Shown here piece after piece: positions 50,750 through 60,421 of a stretch of DNA of 64,000 bases. The DNA is from Bdellovibrio sp. Lineage in GTDB: Bacteria; Bdellovibrionota; Bdellovibrionia; Bdellovibrionales; Bdellovibrionaceae. A program made the translations under genes and the position numbers. The notes below the pieces were generated by a model that worked only from the letters and a program-made list of their open reading frames with translations, was not told the origin of the DNA and did no database searches. The stretch lies in contig JAKFBS010000001.1 of NCBI GenBank assembly GCA_036677065.1, positions 224,001-288,000 on the forward strand, read 5' to 3'. Position 1 is the first letter of the stretch. Each line of letters opens with the position of its first letter.

Positions 50750-51862
50750 ATGAACGCAGATCGTGTATACGAACTAGGTAAGCTCTACTGCGATCGTGGT
50801 GATTATCAACTAGCATTGCCCAACTTGATTGAAGCCGCAGACGCCTACTTAGCCGAGAAAAATTTTGAGGTTTACTTAAAAGCTGCTCAGCATATCTTAC
50901 GTATTTATGCTGAACGTGAAGAGTTTGAACGCTTATCCGCGTACAAAGAAAAGCTGCAAGACACCGTTATCCGTGAAAATATTCAATTAAATTCACGCGT
51001 GTATTATGTTTTTGGTATCGCCGCTGTTTACAAAGGCCAAATCGAAAACGGTTTAGAATATTTTAAAATTGCTTTAGACCATGCTTTAAAAACTGATCAT
51101 AAAGAAGACATCTGCTTTGCGATCTTAGGTATCGCGATTTGTTACCGTCATCAAAAACGTTACGAAGAATCGCTAAAAGAAATTTACAATTTAAATATCT
51201 TTACCCAATTTACAGACAACGTAGATTTAAAAACATCTGTGTTATCAGTGAACGCGAACATTTTAATTTCACTTAAAAAATACGACCAAGCTTTAGATTT
51301 ATTATGGCAGGCTTATGATGTGACGAAGCAATCGAAAAAGATGGCAACATCTTTAACGATCATGGGTAACATCGGCGTTTGCTTATTTGAATTGGGTCAA
51401 CGTGATGCTGCTAAAATTTATTTCGATTTAGTTTTACGTAGTGTTGATACAGATAATTCAAAAAAAATCTTACGCTCGTACGAAAATTACATCGACAGCT
51501 ACAAGAACACGAACAAAGACACTTTTGATTTATCTTTCGATTTTGATAACCACTTAGTTAAAGAGCGCCAATTAGGTAAAATCGATTTCAAAAATCAATT
51601 CATCCTATTGGATCTTTTAAAACTGTTCATCTCTAAACAGGGTGAAGTGTTTTCAAAAGAATACCTTGTCGAACACATCTGGAAACAAGAATACGATCCG
51701 GCAGTTCACGACAATAAAATCTATGTGACGATTAAGCGTCTTAGAAAAATGATCGAGCCAGATTATGATCGTCCAAAATATATTTTTAGGTCTAAGAACG
51801 GTTATTTCTTAAACAAATCAATCAAAGTTAGTGATCAGATTGCTCAAGAGGGGAGAGTCTAG
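50750..51862 (+). CDS. TPR-repeat transcriptional regulator with C-terminal OmpR-type winged helix
   Basis: TPR helices, then VFSKEYLVEHIW...IYVTIKRLRKMIE...IFRSKNGY. No receiver domain. Confidence 0.8.
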   Translation: MNADRVYELGKLYCDRGDYQLALPNLIEAADAYLAEKNFEVYLKAAQHILRIYAEREEFERLSAYKEKLQDTVIRENIQLNSRVYYVFGIAAVYKGQIENGLEYFKIALDHALKTDHKEDICFAILGIAICYRHQKRYEESLKEIYNLNIFTQFTDNVDLKTSVLSVNANILISLKKYDQALDLLWQAYDVTKQSKKMATSLTIMGNIGVCLFELGQRDAAKIYFDLVLRSVDTDNSKKILRSYENYIDSYKNTNKDTFDLSFDFDNHLVKERQLGKIDFKNQFILLDLLKLFISKQGEVFSKEYLVEHIWKQEYDPAVHDNKIYVTIKRLRKMIEPDYDRPKYIFRSKNGYFLNKSIKVSDQIAQEGRV

Positions 51863-52455
51863 TGAAACAGGTAGCTTTATTATTAACGGTAGTATTATCG
51901 GGGTTATTCGCGCACGCACAGGTAGATGATGTTGTCGGCGGGGATAAGCAAACTAAGGCAGGTTCTTGCGGTTATAACACTTTAGGTGGCGCAGATACTT
52001 TTCCTTGGTCATTAGCTCAACCATTTCCTTGGGATTCAATTCAAGGTTTATGGAAAGTCAGCGACGATCCAGATCAAGTAGTTCGTATGCGTGTAGTTCG
52101 CCAAGACCAAAAAGTTAAACACTTAAGCGTAGATGTGCTTTCACGTCTTGCGTGTGCTTCGACAATGAAAGGTGTTGGTATCATCACAGCCGCTGAGAAA
52201 AACGTAGTACGTTTAAGCTTAACGGATACTCAAGGCCAAACTCATTTAATGAAGTTAGCTTTCTTTGATACTCGCGATCTAAAAATGGACACGAATGTCT
52301 GCGGCCAATCAGTTTTAGCGGCTACAGTGGTTCATTTTGAGGGCGAAGGCGAAGACGATGGCGGTAGTGATCAAAAACCAGCAGAACAATCAAATATGAT
52401 GCTGAAAAAGATTACAAACTCGACAGAGTTCTACTGCAAAAAACGCAGAAGATAG
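51862..52455 (+). CDS. Secreted hypothetical protein
   Basis: GTG start overlapping the upstream stop, signal peptide (AHA/Q), FPWSLAQPFPW..IQGLW, four Cys. Confidence 0.65.
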   Translation: MKQVALLLTVVLSGLFAHAQVDDVVGGDKQTKAGSCGYNTLGGADTFPWSLAQPFPWDSIQGLWKVSDDPDQVVRMRVVRQDQKVKHLSVDVLSRLACASTMKGVGIITAAEKNVVRLSLTDTQGQTHLMKLAFFDTRDLKMDTNVCGQSVLAATVVHFEGEGEDDGGSDQKPAEQSNMMLKKITNSTEFYCKKRRR

Positions 52456-52515
52456 TATTTTTTAGTTGAACGCGGGCTATAGCTTATATATATCTATAGC
52501 CCAATCGCAAACGAC

Positions 52516-52591
52516 AGGGAATTAGCTCAGTTGGTAGAGCGCCACCCTTACAAGGTGGATGTCGTCGGTTCGAATCCGGCATTCCCTACCA
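52516..52591 (+). tRNA. tRNA-Val (TAC)
   Basis: AGGGAAT/ATTCCCT acceptor stem, AGCTCAGTTGGTAGAGC D-arm, CCACC-CTTACAA-GGTGG anticodon arm, GGTTCGAATCC T-arm, encoded CCA. 76 nt. Confidence 0.97.
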
Positions 52592-52637
52592 TTTTCAGTA
52601 CATTTAGTTTGTGATGTTTTGGTGAAACCAAACTCCA

Positions 52638-52672
52638 AAAAGAAAACCAGCCTCGTAGCTGGTTTTTTTGTT
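52638..52672. terminator. Bidirectional terminator between tRNA-Val and the SPFH gene
   Basis: AAAACCAGC-ctcgta-GCTGGTTTT with flanking A- and T-tracts. Confidence 0.8.
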
Positions 52673-52693
52673 TCTAAATCAAAGCAAAAATTC

Positions 52694-53476
52694 TTAAGTA
52701 GATTCGTTTTTAGCACCAGTTCCTAAAAACGGTTTAATTAAATCCATCGGAAACGGAACAATAATCGTTGATGTGCGTTCGTTGGTCATTTCAATCATGG
52801 ATTGCAGATAGCGTAACTGTAGTGAGACCGAATTTTTTGATAACACGTCGGCAGCTTCTGAAATTTTTTGGCTGGCTTGCATTTCGCCTTCAGCAGAGAT
52901 GACTTTGGCCCGACGTTCACGCTCTGCTTCGGCTTGTCTGGCCATCGCTCTTTGCATTTCATTCGGAAGATCTACGCCCTTAATTTCTACGTGACTGACT
53001 TTCACGCCCCAAGGATCTGTTTGCGCATCTAAAATTTCTTGCAAGTTTTTATTCAAACGTTCGCGTTCGCTCAGTACGGTATCTAAATCTACCTGGCCTA
53101 AGACTGAGCGTAGCGTGGTTTGTGCTAATTGCGAAGTAGCTACAAAATAATCTTCGACTTCGATGGTTGAACGTATAGGTTCGACCACTCTGAAAAACAC
53201 GACGGCATTCACTTTCATGGTGACGTTATCTTTGGTGATAATGTCTTGCGGTTGTACATCCATTGTTACGGTTCGTAAATCTACGCGCACCATTTTATCA
53301 ATCACCGGAATAAGAATGATCAAGCCAGGCCCTTTGGCGCCGATGATGCGCCCGAGACGAAAAATAACACCACGTTCATACTCTTTAAGGATGCGGATAG
53401 CCTGAACTAAAAACCATCCAATCGCTATCGCGATTAATAACATTCCCGAGGGTATTGATAGCCCGAAATCTTCCAT
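52694..53476 (-). CDS. SPFH/stomatin-like (slipin) protein
   Basis: [52 protein letters not shown]. Confidence 0.95.
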   Translation of the reverse strand: MEDFGLSIPSGMLLIAIAIGWFLVQAIRILKEYERGVIFRLGRIIGAKGPGLIILIPVIDKMVRVDLRTVTMDVQPQDIITKDNVTMKVNAVVFFRVVEPIRSTIEVEDYFVATSQLAQTTLRSVLGQVDLDTVLSERERLNKNLQEILDAQTDPWGVKVSHVEIKGVDLPNEMQRAMARQAEAERERRAKVISAEGEMQASQKISEAADVLSKNSVSLQLRYLQSMIEMTNERTSTIIVPFPMDLIKPFLGTGAKNEST

Positions 53477-53481
53477 GTTAA

Positions 53482-54792
53482 CTACTCCTTATCTCGAACT
53501 ACATCGAGAGTTAAACCGTGCATGTCGCGTACGACAACGGCATCATTTTCATTTAAGCGATCCTTTGAAACGAATTTCCATAATTCACCGTGAATTAATA
53601 TTTGTCCGGATTTGCCATCGGCATCCAAATTTTTAACTTGTCCTTTACGGCCTTGAACGCCGGCAATACCACCACGATCTAGTAATGCTTTCTCAGATTG
53701 TTTTTTAAGGCGTGAAACTAAATAGCCCATCAGCAAGGTTGCAAATAACGAAACACTGCCGATGATGGCGATGAGCCAACGGCTGATTCTTAAATCGGTG
53801 GCTGCAGGATCAACAACCCATAAAAGCCCAAAAACCAAAGCAATGCTTCCGCCAAAAGCGAGAACGCCTCCAGAGCCCACAAAAATTTCGGCAATAATTA
53901 AAGCGGCACCAAGCCCTAAAAGAATGAGTCCGCCAAGATGTATAGGTATAGATTGAAAAGCAATAAAGGCGACGATCAAACACAGTCCACCTAGAATTCC
54001 ACCTAATCCTAAACCGGGGGCTGACAGTTCGGCATAAATCAGCAAGATGCCAACCGACATCAAGATTGCAGCGACATTCGGATGCGCTAAATAATTTAGA
54101 ACTTGTTCGCCTAAAGTCATTTCAACAGCATGAAGTGTTGGCGCAGGATCGGTGTTTAACGTGATGTTCGTTTGCCCGATAAGAACACGTCGTTGATGAA
54201 TGGATTGCCATAGGGTTTTTTGCTCAGGGGCGATCACATCAATTAACTTAATTTTTAAAGCTTCTTCAGCAGTGAAGCTGTTACTTTTAGTCACGACTTC
54301 GCCGGCGGCTGTGATATTTCGTTTTCGTAATTCAGCCATAGACCTGGCAAAGGCCGCAATATCGTTGACGGCTTTTTCGGCCATGATGCCCTTGATATCT
54401 TCGCCCTGAGCCCCCACAGGATGAGCGGCGCCAATGTTGGTTCCGGGTGCCATTGCTGCTATGTGCGATGAAATCATTAACAGCGCACCTGCAGATGTAG
54501 CAGCGGCTCCGGCTGGAGCTGTGTAAACAATCACAGGAATTTTTGCGTTTTGAATACTTTGCGCCATTTCGCGTACGCTTGAAACAAGACCACCTGGAGT
54601 ATCAAGTTCAATTAGTAAAAAATCGGCTTTAGCAGCTTCGGCTTTTTCTATAGCTCGCGCCATGTAGCGCGCTACTGCAGGGTTAATCGTGCCACGAATT
54701 TTAATATGATAAGAAACTGATGCCAATGCATTAACAGAAGTGAAAAAAACAATCGCGAAAAAAACGAAGCGTAAAAATTTTGGCATAATCAT
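53482..54792 (-). CDS. nfeD: NfeD-family membrane protease (long form)
   Basis: ClpP-like domain ([25 protein letters not shown]), TM bundle, C-terminal OB domain (IHGELW). Paired with the slipin gene. Confidence 0.93.
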   Translation of the reverse strand: MIMPKFLRFVFFAIVFFTSVNALASVSYHIKIRGTINPAVARYMARAIEKAEAAKADFLLIELDTPGGLVSSVREMAQSIQNAKIPVIVYTAPAGAAATSAGALLMISSHIAAMAPGTNIGAAHPVGAQGEDIKGIMAEKAVNDIAAFARSMAELRKRNITAAGEVVTKSNSFTAEEALKIKLIDVIAPEQKTLWQSIHQRRVLIGQTNITLNTDPAPTLHAVEMTLGEQVLNYLAHPNVAAILMSVGILLIYAELSAPGLGLGGILGGLCLIVAFIAFQSIPIHLGGLILLGLGAALIIAEIFVGSGGVLAFGGSIALVFGLLWVVDPAATDLRISRWLIAIIGSVSLFATLLMGYLVSRLKKQSEKALLDRGGIAGVQGRKGQVKNLDADGKSGQILIHGELWKFVSKDRLNENDAVVVRDMHGLTLDVVRDKE

Positions 54793-54802
54793 TCTCGTAG
54801 AG

Positions 54803-54818
54803 AGCAATGCCTATGCCA
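54803..54818 (-). promoter_or_regulatory. Sigma54 -24/-12 promoter of nfeD-slipin
   Basis: Minus strand TGGCATAGGCATTGCT (GG-N10-GC, consensus TGGCA...TTGC). Confidence 0.7.
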
Positions 54819-54845
54819 CGGGGCAAACTACCTCGAAAATTAGAA

Positions 54846-55259
54846 TTAATCTTTTAATTCAACACACGACATTTGAAGTGCATCTTTGCGAAATTCTGAT
54901 TCTGGAAATTGGCCAGAAAAAATTCCTAAACCTTCGATGGGTAATATGCTCATCACAAGTTGTTCGTTCATGTCGGCATGGTCTAATTGAACTGCGTCTA
55001 CTTGTGGATTTAGATTTACATTAGCATTTACTGCAGAACGTTTTTCTAAAAGGCCTTGTGAACCCATTGTCCATAAAGACACTTCGGCGATTGTGCCTGC
55101 AACATCGCGCACGCGAATTTCAAAAAGCTCGTCGATGTGTGCCGGTGAATAGCAGTTAAATTCACGAGCTCTTTCATCGCCTCCACTTGAAATAGGGCCG
55201 GCTACTGCCATTGCAGATAATAGGGTCATTGCGATAGTGATCATTAGTGTAAGTTTCAT
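54846..55259 (-). CDS. Secreted hypothetical protein (mature N-terminus GPISSGG)
   Basis: AAGGAG RBS before MKLTL, signal peptide (AVA/G), Cys pair. Confidence 0.7.
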   Translation of the reverse strand: MKLTLMITIAMTLLSAMAVAGPISSGGDERAREFNCYSPAHIDELFEIRVRDVAGTIAEVSLWTMGSQGLLEKRSAVNANVNLNPQVDAVQLDHADMNEQLVMSILPIEGLGIFSGQFPESEFRKDALQMSCVELKD

Positions 55260-55317
55260 AACTTGTTCTCCTTGTAGCCGATCTTGTAACAAAAAAGCAA
55301 ATTTACTTCAGCATGAA

Positions 55318-55352
55318 TTAAATAATCAAAATAATTGAGTTTGATTATTTAA
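55318..55352. promoter_or_regulatory. Palindromic candidate operator between divergent genes
   Basis: TTAAATAATCAAA-N9-TTTGATTATTTAA, perfect 13-bp arms. Confidence 0.55.
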
Positions 55353-55376
55353 CATAAACGATATAGAAACCTCGCC

Positions 55377-56177
55377 ATGACAGATTTATTCAAATTTAAC
55401 GACTATAAAGACTATTTAAAACAATTGGTTAAAATTAACGAAGATATACGGGGCTATCAGGCGCGCCTGGCACGTGAAGCCAGTTGCCAGCCTTCATACC
55501 TTTCACAGGTGTTAACAGCTAATGCTGATTTAACCACAGACCATGCTTTAAACCTTTCAACATTTTTAGGGTTTGATGACCTTGAAAAAGAATATCTTTT
55601 AACTTTGATAATGTTGGCTAAGGCCGCGTCGGTAAAAAATAAACGCTATTTTGAAAAAAAGTTATCTCAGCTACGCAAACAACATTCCAGCCTGACTAAA
55701 AGAATTAACTCTGATGAAGAGTACGCAAAAGACGTTGAACTTATATACCATAGCAGTTGGGTCTATGCTGCGGTTCATGTGGCGACCAGTATTCAGGGGC
55801 AAACGGCAATAGCTATCGCTGAAAAACTGCGCCTAACTGTAGGTGAAGTTTTAAGTGTTTTAAAAATTTTGGCGGGATACGGTTTAGTAAAAAGCGATGG
55901 TGATAAATGGATTTATGTCACAGGTTCGACGCATCTTCCGGATGAATCCTATATGACAATGGTGAATCATTCGAACTGGCGCCTAAAATCAGTGAGCAAC
56001 ATTCCTCAACGTAATGAAAACGATCTGCGTTACACCTCTGTATTTACAATGTCGCAAGAAGATGCGGATAAATTAAAAGAAGAAATGTTGAAAGTGATAA
56101 AACAGTGGCGCGGCAAGATCGCTCCTTCACAACCTGAAGTAACGATGGCGATCTTGTGCGATTTTTTTGAAGTTTAA
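55377..56177 (+). CDS. TIGR02147/DUF4423-family HTH protein
   Basis: F.F.DYKDYL, RGYQARLA....CQPSYLSQVL...ADLT.DHA, YHSSWVYAAVHV, HSNWRLKS, YTSVFTMS..D, CDFFEV. Confidence 0.8.
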   Translation: MTDLFKFNDYKDYLKQLVKINEDIRGYQARLAREASCQPSYLSQVLTANADLTTDHALNLSTFLGFDDLEKEYLLTLIMLAKAASVKNKRYFEKKLSQLRKQHSSLTKRINSDEEYAKDVELIYHSSWVYAAVHVATSIQGQTAIAIAEKLRLTVGEVLSVLKILAGYGLVKSDGDKWIYVTGSTHLPDESYMTMVNHSNWRLKSVSNIPQRNENDLRYTSVFTMSQEDADKLKEEMLKVIKQWRGKIAPSQPEVTMAILCDFFEV

Positions 56178-56221
56178 TGATTTCAAGCGATTGACTGAAC
56201 TTCGCTTTACCTTAGGCCAAA

Positions 56222-56890
56222 TTACATGTGGACTCTAACATCATTGGTGACTTTTCGAACTCCAGGAGTTCCCCACGCAGCCCATTCAGCTTCGTGTTTT
56301 TCAGACCAAGAATGGACTTCTCCTGAAAGTTTTACGGCACCATCTGAAATTGAAACTATAATTTTTTTGGCGTCTTCTCTAGCTGATCGAAGAAGAGCTT
56401 GTTCAATTTTGTTTTTAACTTCTTCGGCTTTGACATCTGGCTTGATGGCAAGTTGTTTTAAAGCAAGCTCATTCGTAATTCCTCGAACTCCGGGAATATT
56501 TCTAAGTGCAGTTTCAACTGTATTTTTTTGATAAGACCATTCCACATCGCCTTTCAGAGTGATCCATCCATTTTCAACATGGACTTTGATTTTATCTGAA
56601 GGAACCCAGACATTCCATTTAAGCGTATTTGTAGCTGCCGCAGCAATATCGGTATCGTCTCTTTTCAAGCTGCCCGGAAGCTTAACATCAATCTTATTAA
56701 CTATTGCTGCAACGCCCGCAACGCGTTCCGCGGCTTCTTCTGCAGCGAATTTTTCAGCAAAATTTGGAATAGAGCCACTCAGAGTGATAATGCCATTATC
56801 AGCACTAACACCGATGTCTCCTTCGTTAATGCGTGGATCCCAACGAAGTTCTTCGTAAACATCTTTTTGCAGTCGAGAATTTGATTTCAT
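56222..56890 (-). CDS. Triple BON-domain (OsmY-like) protein
   Basis: Three BON repeats (GIITLSG, GWITLKG.V, GAVKLSG.V.SW, PGV..V.N). AAGGAG RBS before MKSNS. Confidence 0.9.
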   Translation of the reverse strand: MKSNSRLQKDVYEELRWDPRINEGDIGVSADNGIITLSGSIPNFAEKFAAEEAAERVAGVAAIVNKIDVKLPGSLKRDDTDIAAAATNTLKWNVWVPSDKIKVHVENGWITLKGDVEWSYQKNTVETALRNIPGVRGITNELALKQLAIKPDVKAEEVKNKIEQALLRSAREDAKKIIVSISDGAVKLSGEVHSWSEKHEAEWAAWGTPGVRKVTNDVRVHM

Positions 56891-56921
56891 AGTTAACTCC
56901 TTATGTGTGTGTTGTTGATCG

Positions 56922-58073
56922 TCAAACTTGGTGTTCATGACGAGTTTTTAATGACCATGGACTTGGCGCTGCTGAATATGATTCTGCTGTCAGCTGCTTA
57001 AGTTCAAAAGCTTCAATTAAATCTAATGTTTTAATGATGCCAACCAGCTGATGATTTTGGGTAATTGGAACTCCGCCAGCTGATGAGGATAGAGCTATCT
57101 GCCAAACCTCATCTAGCGAGTCATTGGCGTCAATGGCTTTTGGAATTTGAACAGCAATATCCCTTACAAGAGTTTCATTCCATAAACTCTTTGGCACTGC
57201 TTTGATATTTTCGTGGCTTATAATGGCTCGATTTCCATCAGCATTCACCGGTAGCAAAAGATGTTTAGATGTTTTCATTTCTTTGACTGCTTGAGAAAGT
57301 GTATCGGTGGCTGAGATTCCAGAAATGGGAGTCATGATATCTTTTGCTTTCATGTTCTTCAGAATTGTTTGCCCCCACAACATAAAGAGTTCACTCTTTG
57401 AGGCTGCGTAAATAAAAAATGCGATGAGTACAAGCAACACATTAAACTGAAAAAAACCAATGATTCCAAAAATCCATGCGAAAACGTGGCTCACCTGCAC
57501 GGCAATCTGAGTTCCTCGTAAACGCCCAAGTCGTGTCACTAGAAATGCACGCAAAATGCGACCACCATCCGTTGGAAACGCAGGCAGCAAATTAAAAATT
57601 CCAAGAACAAGGTTGGTTCGTCCCACCCAGAAACCAAAGAACGCAAGATCCGCCGAAGTGGTCACTGATCGCATCCAGAATAACAGTCCTGCAATAACTA
57701 AACTGACAATCGGACCGATGATGGCCACTTTAAATTCTGAGGCTGGCTCTTCTGGAAGTTTTTCCATTTGCGAAACGCCTCCAAGCATCATGAGAGTGAT
57801 GTCTCTGACGCGAAATCCTTTAGCTTGTGCTACAAGGACGTGGCTAAATTCGTGAAGAAAAATCGAGACAATCAACGACGCACAAAAAATAAGAGCCCAT
57901 ATTAATGGTGATCCAGTCAGTTGATTTCGATCAATACCTGATGTCTCAACAACAAATGGAAAAGAAGCTGTTGCTACCATAATTACATACAACAACAAAA
58001 AGAGAAGACTCACGTGGACCTTAACGGCCACTCCCTTTAAAGTAAAAATTGTCCAACCTGAAATGCGTTCCAT
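56922..58073 (-). CDS. Site-2 protease (M50) with CBS domains
   Basis: HEFSH, GP.VS, FNLLPAFPTDGGR, C-terminal CBS pair. Confidence 0.92.
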   Translation of the reverse strand: MERISGWTIFTLKGVAVKVHVSLLFLLLYVIMVATASFPFVVETSGIDRNQLTGSPLIWALIFCASLIVSIFLHEFSHVLVAQAKGFRVRDITLMMLGGVSQMEKLPEEPASEFKVAIIGPIVSLVIAGLLFWMRSVTTSADLAFFGFWVGRTNLVLGIFNLLPAFPTDGGRILRAFLVTRLGRLRGTQIAVQVSHVFAWIFGIIGFFQFNVLLVLIAFFIYAASKSELFMLWGQTILKNMKAKDIMTPISGISATDTLSQAVKEMKTSKHLLLPVNADGNRAIISHENIKAVPKSLWNETLVRDIAVQIPKAIDANDSLDEVWQIALSSSAGGVPITQNHQLVGIIKTLDLIEAFELKQLTAESYSAAPSPWSLKTRHEHQV

Positions 58074-58086
58074 GATTAATGTTCCT

Positions 58087-58263
58087 TTATTTCTTTAGCC
58101 GTTTATTTTTGAATTGTTCAAATTCAATTGAGCCTGGTTCTTCGGTTCGAGGGTTGGGCATTTCAATATCATTTAAACCAGGAGTGTCTGTTGGATTTGG
58201 CGAAATTTCGCCGGGAATTTTGATTGGATTAATTAATTTTTTATTCTTTATTTTATTTTTCAT
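58087..58263 (-). CDS. Small Pro-rich protein; absent from ORF track
   Basis: Hand-translated 58 aa: MKNKIKNKKLINPIKIPGEISPNPTDTPGLNDIEMPNPRTEEPGSIEFEQFKNKRLKK. Fills the gap in the operon, AAGG RBS, and its stop overlaps the next RBS. Confidence 0.6.
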   Translation of the reverse strand: MKNKIKNKKLINPIKIPGEISPNPTDTPGLNDIEMPNPRTEEPGSIEFEQFKNKRLKK

Positions 58264-58279
58264 AATAAACCTTTTGATT

Positions 58280-58948
58280 CTAAACTAAACTCTGGTTGGC
58301 CATGTTGGATCGCTTAAGTAGCTTCAAAACGTCCTCGTCTGAGAGTTGAGTGAAATCACGATAAAATTGTCCAACGCCCAAAAAAAGATTCGGTTCACTG
58401 AGACAAATTACCTGATCAACGTGATCTCTCAGTCTTTCAGCCGTTCTTTCAGAACAAACTGGAATCGCTAAGATAACCTTTGCCGCACCATTGGCTTTGG
58501 CAAAGTGAGCGCCCACACGAGCTGTAACTCCGGTGGCAAGACCATCATCCACTAAGATCACAGTCCTTCCATTTAACGCGGGTAAAGCGCGGCCGCTTCG
58601 ATAAGTAGCAACTCGTCTTTTAATTTCTTTTGTTTCATTTTTTATGACCTGATCAATTTGATTTTTTGTTATTTCAGAAAGGCCGACAGCTTCGGGATCC
58701 ATCCAATAAAAACCATCTTCGGTGATGGCACCAATACCGTATTCGGGTTGTAAGGGGTGGCCGATTTTTCTTACGATGAGCACATCAAAAGGAATTCCAG
58801 TTTTTTGTGAAATTTCGTAAGCCACCGGAACTCCGCCTCTAGGAAGGGCAAGAATGATCGCGTTTTTTAGATCCTTTTTCGAAAGAAAATTTAAATGCGC
58901 AGATAGTAATATTCCAGCTTCTTTTCTGTTTTCAAAAACTTGATTCAT
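58280..58948 (-). CDS. Phosphoribosyltransferase-family protein
   Basis: FENRKEAG, LALPRGGVPVA, VRKIGHP.QPEYGIGA, ILVDDGLATG, VGQFY.DF.Q. Confidence 0.9.
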   Translation of the reverse strand: MNQVFENRKEAGILLSAHLNFLSKKDLKNAIILALPRGGVPVAYEISQKTGIPFDVLIVRKIGHPLQPEYGIGAITEDGFYWMDPEAVGLSEITKNQIDQVIKNETKEIKRRVATYRSGRALPALNGRTVILVDDGLATGVTARVGAHFAKANGAAKVILAIPVCSERTAERLRDHVDQVICLSEPNLFLGVGQFYRDFTQLSDEDVLKLLKRSNMANQSLV

Positions 58949-59903
58949 AAAAAACCTCTTTTGATTCTTTTAACTTCAGAAAATTTTCTAATTCTTGTCG
59001 CAGAGGAAGTCCGCTTTGTGCACCAATCGCCTTCGTTTTTAGAGCAGCAGCGGCACTTGCCAATTTTGCAGCCTCGCTTAATGGCTTGTCCTTAGACAAA
59101 TAGGTTGCGAGTGCTCCTAAAAAAGCATCTCCTGCACCTGTGGCATCAACTGCGTTGATCTTGAATCTGGGTAAAAAGATCTCTTCATCAGAATTTAGAA
59201 CAAGATCACCTTCGTCGCCCGCTTGTACAATCGCAGTTTTTACACCCAGAGATAACAACTGCTTTGCCGCCTTCTTTGCTGATTTGCGGTCAATGACTTT
59301 AATACCGGTAAGAGTTTCTGCCTCATTTGCGTTGGGCTTAATGATTTTCACCATTTTAAGAAGATCAGCAGAAAGTGGAACAGCCGGAGCAGGGTCTAAG
59401 ATAACAAAAACTTTAGCTTCACTTGCTATTTCGATTGCAGCTTTGACACTTTCAAGCGGAATTTCCAATTGAATAAGAAGAATCTTGCATGATCGGATCA
59501 AAGAAGAAAAATGATGTATGTCAGAAGGAGAGAAATTCTTATTTGCTCCGGGAGCGACAGTTATTTGTTTTTCTCCATTTTCACCAACTGATATCAGCGC
59601 AACTCCGGTCGGCGTATGATTGTCATAAAGAAGATTTTTTGTATTGATACCTTCATGCTTTAACTTTTCAGTAATGAATTGTGCCCGTTGATCCATCCCA
59701 AGTTTTGCAATAAGACCAACGTTTGCACCAAGGCGAGCGGCCGCAACGGCTTGATTAGTAGCTTTTCCGCCAACACTTTCATGATAAAAACCTCCCTGAA
59801 CAGTTTCGCCGGGACGAGGAAGTTTTTTTGACCAAATAAGATAGTCTGTATTAGCGCCGCCAATAACTAAGACATCAAATTTTACGTTATCAAAATCTGT
59901 CAT
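58932..59903 (-). CDS. rbsK: Ribokinase (PfkB family)
   Basis: GGKATNQAVAAARLG, QLEIP, PNANEAE, VDATGAGDAF. Confidence 0.85.
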   Translation of the reverse strand: MTDFDNVKFDVLVIGGANTDYLIWSKKLPRPGETVQGGFYHESVGGKATNQAVAAARLGANVGLIAKLGMDQRAQFITEKLKHEGINTKNLLYDNHTPTGVALISVGENGEKQITVAPGANKNFSPSDIHHFSSLIRSCKILLIQLEIPLESVKAAIEIASEAKVFVILDPAPAVPLSADLLKMVKIIKPNANEAETLTGIKVIDRKSAKKAAKQLLSLGVKTAIVQAGDEGDLVLNSDEEIFLPRFKINAVDATGAGDAFLGALATYLSKDKPLSEAAKLASAAAALKTKAIGAQSGLPLRQELENFLKLKESKEVFYESSF

Positions 59904-59923
59904 CTTCTATTCCTCGCAAGTTA

Positions 59924-60403
59924 TTAGTGAGAGGCATGTTGAGCCCGTGTACGAGCGGCCTTTTGTGCCGCCGCCTTAAGCGCTCGTGGACCTTTTGTTT
60001 TTACTGCCTTAATAGCCGCTTGCTGACGAGCCTGAGGTCCGCGTTTTTTAGCAGCGGCTTTTGCCTGTTTTGAAAGGCTTTCATGAGATACAGAAGAACG
60101 CGGTTCTTTTTTTAAAACATTAAGAATGGCCTGAGATCTTCGTCTGGATGGTTTTTTGCGTCCATTTATACTATCAGAAGTTAATGCATGCTTTTTGCCG
60201 TTGGGGCGAGGTGGTAGCTTTACTCCGGCCCGTCTTGCTTTTGATAAGCCAATAGCAATTGCTTGCTTAGCAGATCTGGCTCCGTGTTTTCCTTTGCGGA
60301 TGTCTTCGATTTCTTCTCGTACAAATTCTCCAGCCTGAGTGGATGGTGATCTTCCAGCTCTTTTTTTTGCCTGAGCACGTTTAATGGTTCTTTTTTCAGG
60401 CAT
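59924..60403 (-). CDS. Highly basic putative DNA-binding protein (DUF6496-like)
   Basis: SPSTQAGEFVREEI..IRKGKHGARSAKQAIAIGLSKARRAGV and Lys/Arg/Ala repeats (AAQKAARTR). Confidence 0.75.
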   Translation of the reverse strand: MPEKRTIKRAQAKKRAGRSPSTQAGEFVREEIEDIRKGKHGARSAKQAIAIGLSKARRAGVKLPPRPNGKKHALTSDSINGRKKPSRRRSQAILNVLKKEPRSSVSHESLSKQAKAAAKKRGPQARQQAAIKAVKTKGPRALKAAAQKAARTRAQHASH

Positions 60404-60421
60404 GAAGCCTCCTATAAGTTT

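Noticed and set aside
52522..52716. 64-aa minus-strand ORF
   Set aside because: It is the antisense of tRNA-Val and its terminator.
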